NCBI GenBank assembly: GCA_032654645.1
Contig: JAULAW010000005.1
Coordinates: 741,541 to 805,540, forward strand
Direction of reading: 5' to 3'
Source: Gallionellaceae bacterium
Lineage (GTDB): Bacteria; Pseudomonadota; Gammaproteobacteria; Burkholderiales; Gallionellaceae
Length of the DNA: 64,000 bases
Positions 50,267-57,433 of the stretch are shown here, one piece after another (the first letter of the stretch is position 1; each line of letters begins with the position of its first letter). The position numbers were made by a program, and so were the translations under genes. Below the pieces are notes generated by a model. That model was given only the letters and a program-made list of their open reading frames with translations. It ran no database searches and was not told where the DNA came from.

Positions 50267-50546
50267 AGTTGGCTTCCATTTTACGTCACTTATGGAAGGC
50301 TAATTTCTGTGAGTACCTCAAAATGTTTCGGAGTTTGAAAAATAAAGATTACTTGATGGTTGAAGTAGTACAAATCTCCCATGATCAGGCATAGGTTTTT
50401 CCTATAAAAAAAGGCGTTAACTACCATGACAATTCCAATTCAGCCTCCTAACATTCAGCCGTGGCATAAAAGTTAAAAACACTGTCAGAAGCCATTGAAT
50501 GGTCGCTTTTGACCTGGAAAAAACTGTTTGAAGGTACATAATTTTT

Positions 50547-50891
50547 ATGGGGTATTCAGCTAAGTGCTGTGGCTAGCCTCTCCATGGGTGCGAAGGCACG
50601 GAAATATCCAGCGAAGCTGGCGCTTTATGGCGAAGCTTGGCGGACACTGCGAACTCCTGCCCCTCAACTCTGGGCTTGGGATTGGCTACAAGCTCGCGGA
50701 AGGACATAGGATGCATGGAAACGCACTGTTCGATCAGATCGATGTAGGCAGTATCATCTGGAAACCACGCCATAAATTCTGCGTAGTTGCATGGGTAGTC
50801 GACCCCGGCGCGGGCGCGGCAGATCGAACCTGCGGAGTATTTGATTCAATTGCATAATTTCAACATAACAGCACTTAGCTGAATACCCCAT
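50547..50891. mobile_element. non-autonomous IS1595-family-like MITE (345 bp) with target site duplication
   Basis: Perfect 24-bp terminal inverted repeats ATGGGGTATTCAGCTAAGTGCTGT (50547-50570 / 50868-50891). 8-bp direct repeat TAATTTTT at 50539-50546 and 50892-50899. The interior encodes only a fragment (...AEFMAWFPDDTAYIDLIEQ...) loosely resembling an IS1595 zinc-ribbon N-terminus. Confidence 0.75.
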
Positions 50892-50975
50892 TAATTTTTA
50901 TGCCTGTAAACCAGTTTCAGTTTCAAGCTCGGTAGTAACAAAACGTAAAGCCACGTGATGAGAAGGAGGTGTATC

Positions 50976-51182
50976 GTGAAGAACAAGAACAACCCTGAAA
51001 TCGAACACGATTCGATGGATATGGAATACGGCGAGGAAGTCATGTGCGCCGGTTGGAATCCCTCCGTCGACCTGGTGCCGCAGCAACATTTGTCATTGCC
51101 GACCGAAAGGCAAATGAACATTCTGGCCGACTTGGCAGCGGCAGAGATGTACCTGAAAAAAATGTATTCTTGTCAGCGCTGA
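50976..51182 (+). CDS. small hypothetical protein (68 aa)
   Basis: Strong RBS aaggagg 6 nt before GTG 50976. VKNKNNPEIEHDSMDMEYGEEVMCAGWNPSV... No recognisable family. Confidence 0.35.
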   Translation: MKNKNNPEIEHDSMDMEYGEEVMCAGWNPSVDLVPQQHLSLPTERQMNILADLAAAEMYLKKMYSCQR

Positions 51183-51379
51183 TTTCACAGTGATTTCGCT
51201 AAGCTAAATCACAAATGCAGGCTGGTCTGGATCCGCCATTTTGTTTGGGGGATCTGGAAATCAGTGCTGTGCACAAACTTTTCAATGTCACGCCGCACTG
51301 TAGCAGTTCTTTCCCGCAACAACCTCGCCACACTCTCTGCCAGCGTTTTCCACACCATGCAGGTCGGGCTCCACCACTA

Positions 51380-51428
51380 AGGGCTCGTTAATGAATAACT
51401 GTGGCACAGTTATTCATTAATGAGCCCT
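51380..51428. repeat. 49-bp near-perfect palindrome (24-bp arms, 1-nt centre)
   Basis: agggctcgttaatgaataactgtg-g-cacagttattcattaatgagccct with one mismatch. Lies between convergent genes and could act as a bidirectional terminator. Confidence 0.7.
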
Positions 51429-51531
51429 AAGCACATGACCGCCACATTCAGTACATCTATCAACTTATTGCCAACGCTTGTCGTGCTTCCGCGAGTGTTG
51501 TTTCTTGGGCGAGGCTGATGAAGGCATCCCT

Positions 51532-53544
51532 TCATTCCCTGTTTTCCAGCATCCCGGTCTGGTAGAGTTTGACACTGTTGCGCCCGCCTTTCTTGGAATA
51601 GTACATGGCGGTGTCGGCATTCCTGAGTAATTTCGCCTCGTCGTAGCCGTGTTCAGGATAGATGGCGACGCCGATGCTGGAGGAGATGTGCAGGCTGTTC
51701 CCGGCCAGCTCAAACGGCTGGTTGAGCTCGTGGCGAACTTTCTCCGCGACCATCAGGGCATCCTGTTCCTCCTCGATGGTCAGCAACAGCACGACAAATT
51801 CGTCGCCGCCTATTCGCGATGCTGTGTCCGATCCGCGCACGCAATACTGCAAGCGTTTCGCCACCTCCTTCAGCAACAAGTCGCCGACCTCGTGGCCGAA
51901 CGTATCGTTGACCGGCTTGAACTTGTCGAGGTCTATGAACAGCAGCGCCGTGCGCCCCTTGTCCCGCTTTGCCTTGGCAATCGCCTGCCGGAGGCGGTCA
52001 GTGAACAGCGTCCTGTTGGGCATGCCGGTGAGCAGGTCGTAATGCGCCAGATGGCGGATGCGCTCTTCCTCGACCTTGCGCTCGGTGATGTCGGAAAACA
52101 CCGCCACGTGGTGGGTAAGGCCGCCCTTTTCGTCATACACCCGGTTGAAGGAGAACCAACCGGCATAAACCTCGCCGCTCTTGCGGCGGTTCCACAGTTC
52201 GCCTTTCCAGGCGCCGGTGTCGGCCAGCGTTCCCCATAGCTCCTTGAAAAATTCCGGCGGGTGCTTGCCGGAGGAAAGCACCTTCGGGTTCTTGTCAATC
52301 ACCTCTTCAGGGGAGTAGCCGGTGATCCGGGTGAACGACGGGTTGACCGCGATGATGCGGTTGTCCGGGCTGGTCACCATCACCGCCTCATCCACGGTTT
52401 TGAATACGGTGGCGGCGAGCCGCAGCCCCATTTCGCGCTCAATCAGTTCCCGGTTCATCTTTCGGGCTGCTTGCAGGGCCAGCGCCCGGCCATGCACCAG
52501 CAGCCAGGTGAGCAGCGCGAGCAATACGCTCGCGCCGATGCCGCCGATGGCGATGAGTTTCGGTTTTCCCTTGTCTGCCTGCGTTTCGAGGCCGTGCAGG
52601 GAATAGTTTGCCACCGTCCAGACATGGCCGGCGATTTCGAGGCGGTTGATGGTTTTGAATCGCACTTCCGCCGATTTGATGAGAGCGAGTGGAACGTGGT
52701 CAGTATCGTGCATCATCGTTTTGTCCGATATTTCCTCGCCGTCAAATATTTCGGTGTCAATTTCGGTAACGTGCTCGCCAAGGATGTCGGCCATCAGGTC
52801 ATTCATGCGAAACGCCGAACTGATCCAGCCGATGATGTTGGCGCGGCGCTCGGTGACGCTGCCGTGCGGGGCGCCGTGCCTGTACACGGGCAGGAACATC
52901 AGGAAACCGGCCTGCGCGTCCCGATCGGTTTCAAACAGCAGCCTGATCTTGCCGGAGACGGCGGCCTGGCCGGTGTCGCGCGCCCGCTCCATGGCGGCGC
53001 GGCGCAGCCCCGCGCCGGAATCGCCGGGCCGGGGGTGCTCCAGGTCGGAGTGGGTGTCGTAGCCGAAGATCTGCCGGTTGCGCTCGTCAAACGGCTCGGC
53101 GTAGAGCACCGGGGCGTAGAAGCCGCGCTCGCCTTCCGGCCTGATGGTGTATTCCGGGAAACCTTTCTTGCGCACGGCGGCAATGTGCCGGTATTTTTGC
53201 GCCAGCGGCACGATGGGGGAGAAGCGGATGCCCTGGATGCCGGGGTAATTTTCGCTCAGCCGCAGCCTTGCAAAATAGTCATGGAATTCGTCGCGCGTCA
53301 CGCTGCCGGCATGGGCGAACAGCCCGTCTACACCGCGCATCATCTGTGCATAAGCCGCCATGCGTTGTTCGATATGGCCGTTGGCCTCGCGCACAAGAGA
53401 ATCAAACTGGGCATGCAGCACTTGCACGGCATTTTGCCGCGCGTTCTGCCACAGTTGGTAGGTGGTGGCGAGCGCAACGGCGAGCACCAGCCAGGGCAAA
53501 AACAGGGCGAGGCGATCCCATTTCAGCACACGCGCGCTGAGCAT
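51532..53544 (-). CDS. CHASE-PAS-GGDEF sensor diguanylate cyclase
   Basis: TM, CHASE-like periplasmic domain, TM, PAS (...VTSPDNRIIAVNPSFTRITGY...), RGSDTASRIGGDEFVVLL. Confidence 0.85.
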   Translation of the reverse strand: MLSARVLKWDRLALFLPWLVLAVALATTYQLWQNARQNAVQVLHAQFDSLVREANGHIEQRMAAYAQMMRGVDGLFAHAGSVTRDEFHDYFARLRLSENYPGIQGIRFSPIVPLAQKYRHIAAVRKKGFPEYTIRPEGERGFYAPVLYAEPFDERNRQIFGYDTHSDLEHPRPGDSGAGLRRAAMERARDTGQAAVSGKIRLLFETDRDAQAGFLMFLPVYRHGAPHGSVTERRANIIGWISSAFRMNDLMADILGEHVTEIDTEIFDGEEISDKTMMHDTDHVPLALIKSAEVRFKTINRLEIAGHVWTVANYSLHGLETQADKGKPKLIAIGGIGASVLLALLTWLLVHGRALALQAARKMNRELIEREMGLRLAATVFKTVDEAVMVTSPDNRIIAVNPSFTRITGYSPEEVIDKNPKVLSSGKHPPEFFKELWGTLADTGAWKGELWNRRKSGEVYAGWFSFNRVYDEKGGLTHHVAVFSDITERKVEEERIRHLAHYDLLTGMPNRTLFTDRLRQAIAKAKRDKGRTALLFIDLDKFKPVNDTFGHEVGDLLLKEVAKRLQYCVRGSDTASRIGGDEFVVLLLTIEEEQDALMVAEKVRHELNQPFELAGNSLHISSSIGVAIYPEHGYDEAKLLRNADTAMYYSKKGGRNSVKLYQTGMLENRE

Positions 53545-53798
53545 GGAGTCGAAGTTGTATATTTCTTGCCCCTGTTAAGCATTGAAACCACCTCAATTAT
53601 TCGTTTTTCAACCGACAAGTTTCATGCTACCACTTTCTCATCCCGTTGAGCGATGAGCCAGTCATCCAAAAGGCCATACTGAATGTCTCAATTCTGGCAC
53701 GCTGTTGCCAGCCGAGCATGCAGATACCTTCCTGAAAGCAAGTCGTTGGAATCTTGTGGTGGAGGTGATGCCGTCCGTGTGAGGGTGGAGGCAGCGCA

Positions 53799-55004
53799 TC
53801 AGGTGCTGCCCTTGCGCTGCCGGCAGAATTCCAGGAAAGCCTCCTCCTCCAGCGGCCGGGCGAGGAAGTAACCCTGCGCGATGTCGCAGCCCGTGGCCTT
53901 CAGCGTGTCCCAGTCCTCTTCTGTCTCGATGCCTTCGGCCACCGCTTTCAGCCCCAGGCCGTGGGCAAGCGCGAGGCTCGCCTCGACGATGACGCGCGCG
54001 GCGCGATTCTGCGCGCAGCCGGTGACAAAGCCTTGGTCAATCTTGAGTTCGGTAAAGGGTACGCGGGCAAGCTGTTGCATGCTGGCGAAGCCGGTGCCGT
54101 AGTCGTCAATGGACAGCCCGAAGCCGTGCATGCGCAGGCGCGTGAGATTCTCCAGTGCTGGGGCGAGTTCGGTCATGGCGGCGGTTTCGGTGATCTCCAG
54201 CACCATGCGTTTCGGCTCCAGTCCGGCGCCTTTGACGCAGGCGGTGATGCGGTCGGCGAGTGAAGTATCGGCGAGAGAAATGAGCGAGAGGTTGACCGAG
54301 ACGGTGAGATCGAAGCCCGTGGCTATCCAGTCGCGGCATGAGTGGGAGGCCTTCTCCAACATGAGGAAGGTGAGCTCGTCAATGTCTTTGTGTCGCTCCA
54401 TCTCGAGGATGAAGGCGTAGGGCGCGACAATGCCGCGCGTGGGGTGACGCCAGCGTGCCAGCGCCTCGGCGCCGACCGTACGCCCGCTCGCCATCCCGAT
54501 TTTGGGCTGGAAGTAGGGTTCGAACTCGCGGTTGGCGACGCCGGCGCGGATCTCCTGCCAATCGAAGGCGGGCGGCGGCGCAGGCCGCACCGGCGGCTTG
54601 CAGGCGGCATGGTGGACGGCGAGCAATTGCGCCAGGCGTTCGCGCGTGATGGGCTTTTCGATTACGCCGAGAAGATGCACGCCGTAGGCATCCGCCATCT
54701 TGGCCACCGAGCCCAGCAGCACGGGATCCAGCGCGCTAATGATGATGACCTCTATGCCCGATTTCGCCTCGCCCAGGTGGCGGATGAAAGCCATGCCGTC
54801 CATCTCTGGCATGTCCAGGTCGGAAAGCACGATCTCGGGCAGCCTGGGTGCAGAGCGGATGATCTCCAGCGCTTCACGGCCGTTGGCGGCTTCGAGGATG
54901 TCAACGATGCCGAGGCCGCGCAGCATGCGCACCAGGGTACGGCGCTGGAAGTCATGGTCTTCCGCGATGAGCATTATGGTTTTCGGGTTGAGGGTCATAG
55001 CCAT
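53799..55004 (-). CDS. response regulator receiver + EAL phosphodiesterase
   Basis: REC (IMLIAEDHDF...LSDLDMPEMDG), EAL domain (GAEALARW, LEITETA, DDYGTG, KIDQGFV). Confidence 0.85.
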   Translation of the reverse strand: MAMTLNPKTIMLIAEDHDFQRRTLVRMLRGLGIVDILEAANGREALEIIRSAPRLPEIVLSDLDMPEMDGMAFIRHLGEAKSGIEVIIISALDPVLLGSVAKMADAYGVHLLGVIEKPITRERLAQLLAVHHAACKPPVRPAPPPAFDWQEIRAGVANREFEPYFQPKIGMASGRTVGAEALARWRHPTRGIVAPYAFILEMERHKDIDELTFLMLEKASHSCRDWIATGFDLTVSVNLSLISLADTSLADRITACVKGAGLEPKRMVLEITETAAMTELAPALENLTRLRMHGFGLSIDDYGTGFASMQQLARVPFTELKIDQGFVTGCAQNRAARVIVEASLALAHGLGLKAVAEGIETEEDWDTLKATGCDIAQGYFLARPLEEEAFLEFCRQRKGST

Positions 55005-55111
55005 TTATTCCAATTCTATTTCAAAGATAAAATAACCCGGTAGGGGCGCGAAGCCTCGCACCCGAAGGGTGAATCTCGGCCCTACGATATTTCACTTTCC
55101 CGTGGGTTTTC

Positions 55112-55125
55112 GGGGGGGGGGGGGG
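55112..55125. repeat. G14 homopolymer (C14 on the coding strand of the flanking operon)
   Basis: cggggggggggggggtg. Lies 13 nt downstream of the Hpt-like stop and 108 nt upstream of the REC-EAL start. Confidence 0.9.
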
Positions 55126-55137
55126 TGAATACGGCGC

Positions 55138-55578
55138 TCACGGCGAGGTTCTCCCATGCAGCACCGCGAACCGCCGGTAAGCATCCTGCAGGTGATCGTG
55201 GGCGGGGCCGGTGGCGGGCCAGTCGTTGTTGTTGGCCGCCTGTTCCAGCGCGGTGCAGGCGGCGGCAAGCTCCATTGCGCCGAAGGCCGCTGCGGCAGAT
55301 TTTAGCTTGTAGGCGGCGCGGGCGACAGGTTTGAGCTCGCGTTTCTCGTAAGCGGTGCGAATCTCCATGACCGTGGTTTCGCTGTTTTCGAAGAGGCTGT
55401 TCAAAAGCTCGCGGTGGAGTTTCGGGCTATTACCGACCATCGCGGTGAGCACCTGCGCATCCCACACCGGCAGGGTGCCTGTTGCCTGCGCGGTATTGGT
55501 ATCGGTCTTTAGTATTGTGGACGGGGTGCCGGACGGGGTCGGGAACCGCGTCTGTAAATCGGCGAAATCCACCTGCAT
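55138..55578 (-). CDS. Hpt-like protein with Tyr in place of the phospho-accepting His
   Basis: ...PVARAAYKLKSAAAAFGAMELAAACTALEQAA aligns to the Hpt consensus ..aH.LKGsa..lGa..L...c..lE. with H replaced by Y. Confidence 0.6.
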   Translation of the reverse strand: MQVDFADLQTRFPTPSGTPSTILKTDTNTAQATGTLPVWDAQVLTAMVGNSPKLHRELLNSLFENSETTVMEIRTAYEKRELKPVARAAYKLKSAAAAFGAMELAAACTALEQAANNNDWPATGPAHDHLQDAYRRFAVLHGRTSP

Positions 55579-55583
55579 TTCAG

Positions 55584-56185
55584 TCAGCCGCTGGCGCGCT
55601 TCCTGCGCGTTGCCTGCTCCAGCCGCCCGCTACGCTGCGCCAGCACCTGCGCGCCGACCATACGGGAAGCGCCTTTGATGCGGTGTGCCTCACGCGCCGC
55701 AGCGGCAAGGTCGTTGGTCGCCAGTGCCGCTTCCAGCGCCGCAAGATCGCGGTGGGTCTGGGCAATGAAATCGCGCAGGATGGCCGCTTCATCTTCCGTT
55801 GAGTCAGTCAGCGACGTAAGCACAGCCCGATCCAGCGCCACGGGGGCGGCAGAAGGCCGCCCGTTGGCCGGTGTGAACGGCAGCCAGCGCGCCAGCGTCT
55901 GCCGCAGCAGCACGAGCTCGGAGGGCTTCAGGAGTACGTCGTCCATCCCCGCCGCGTGGCAACGTTCCACCTCATTGGTCAATGCCGCAGCGGTCCAAGC
56001 GATGATAGGGGTGTGCGGACGTCCCTCGCGGGACTCGATCTCGCGCACCTTGCGCGTGAGATCGTAGCCGTCCAAACCGGGCATGTGGCAGTCGGTGATG
56101 ATCAGGCAATAGCGACCGTTCCTCCATTTTGCCAAGGCTTGGTTGCCGTTCTCGGCCAGTTCCACCGGCAGGCCCAACAGTCCTA
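55584..56185 (-). pseudogene. 3' part of the IS-split hybrid sensor kinase (rest of REC domain + Hpt domain)
   Basis: GLPVELAENGNQALAKWRNGRYCLIITDCHMPGLDGYDL... continues the REC domain begun at the end of the 57434-59767 ORF. Hpt motif AREAHRIKGASRMVGA. Confidence 0.8.
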
Positions 56186-57433
56186 GTAGTGCGTTCCGGT
56201 AAAATATTTACACATTAAGCCACCCCAAGGTCAAACTTGTTCCAGCGGAACACGACGGGTGAGGCGTTGATCTCGTCAATGCCCTTCATGATTCGTGCCT
56301 TCAACTCATCAATGGAGTTTACCCGGATGTGGCGCAGGAAGGTTCTGGACATCTTCGAGAAGGCACACTCTATCAGATTAAGCCAAGAGCCATGTTTGGG
56401 CGTATGAACATACTCGAAGCGCCCTGGTCGAGTTGCAAGATAGGCTAACGTTTCTTTCGAGATGTGTGCCGAATGATTATCCAGCACCACGCGGATGATT
56501 GCCTCGGGCGGGTAGTGCTCGTCAAGCCGTTTGAGTAACGCGATGAACTCAACGCTACGGTGGCGATCTTCCACGTTGGCGAAAATATGGCCCGAGTGCA
56601 GATCAATTCCGGCCAGGATCGATACGGTTCCATGGCGGATATATTCGTAATCTCGCCCAATGGCTGAGTGTTTTCCGGGAACGGGCGGCAGGTCGGGAGC
56701 GGTTAGCCCGATAGCCTGAACCCCGGGTTTTTCATCGACGCTGACAGTATAGATGGGCTCGGGTCGCCCATCATGAACAGCACCTTCGCGGTAGATCGAA
56801 ACATCCCGGTAAACCAGCAAGACTTCCTGCATCTTGCGGTCAAACTCTGGATCACGTTTTTCTAAATAGTAACGGATCTTTGTGGGGCTTGATTTCGTTC
56901 TCGTCGAGAATGCGCCATACGGTGCTCTTGCCCGCGTGCGCCAGCCGGGGAAAGCCCGCAGACCCGGCGTGTTCGGATACAAAGCTGGCCAAGCCGGATA
57001 TTGTCCACAGCTCCGCAGCTAAACCGTTATCCTTGGGCTTGGTGCAGGCGATGCTCGCTACCCAAGCGCGGGCTTCATTGCTGATTTCCGGTTCGTGCGG
57101 GCGGTGGTAAGCGTCCTTCAACCCCATCTGCACGCCCGCCGCCAGTGCCTTGTCGATGCATTTGTAGATAGTCGGGCGACTGCCCCCGGTCTGCCGTTGC
57201 AGGCCAACAATCGAGATACCATCGGCGTAGCCGATCAGCACCTTGGCGCGTTCAATCTCGCGCGCCGACGCTGTTCTCGATCTGGACAGTTCCTTCAACA
57301 TCGTCCTCTGATCCTCCGTCAATACCAGTGCAGCACGTTTCGTCTTGCCCGCCATGATCACCCCCGCTAAGAGTTGTATAAGAGCCATGGCAATTATATA
57401 TCAATCTGTAAGTATTTTACCGGAACGAACTAC
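56186..57433 (-). mobile_element. IS630-family insertion sequence (1248 bp)
   Basis: Terminal inverted repeats GTAGTGCGTTCCGGTAAAATATTTACA (56186-) and the reverse complement of TGTAAGTATTTTACCGGAACGAACTAC (-57433). Flanking TA at 56184-5 and 57434-5. Confidence 0.85.
56215..57355 (-). CDS. IS630-family transposase in two overlapping frames (HTH part 56852-57355, DDE part 56215-56982)
   Basis: MAGKTKRAALVLTEDQRTMLKEL... and ...KIRYYLEKRDPEFD...VSVDEKPGVQAI...VVLDNHSAH...WLNLIECAFSKM. The frames are joined by a +1 shift near 56880 (..KPHK/IRYY..). Confidence 0.8.

Noticed and set aside
50267-50546. Search for FNR/Dnr (TTGAT-N4-ATCAA) or NsrR-type boxes upstream of the nnrS operon
   Set aside because: Only half-site-like strings were found (ttgatggttgaag, tgatca). 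No convincing palindrome was seen, so no call is made.
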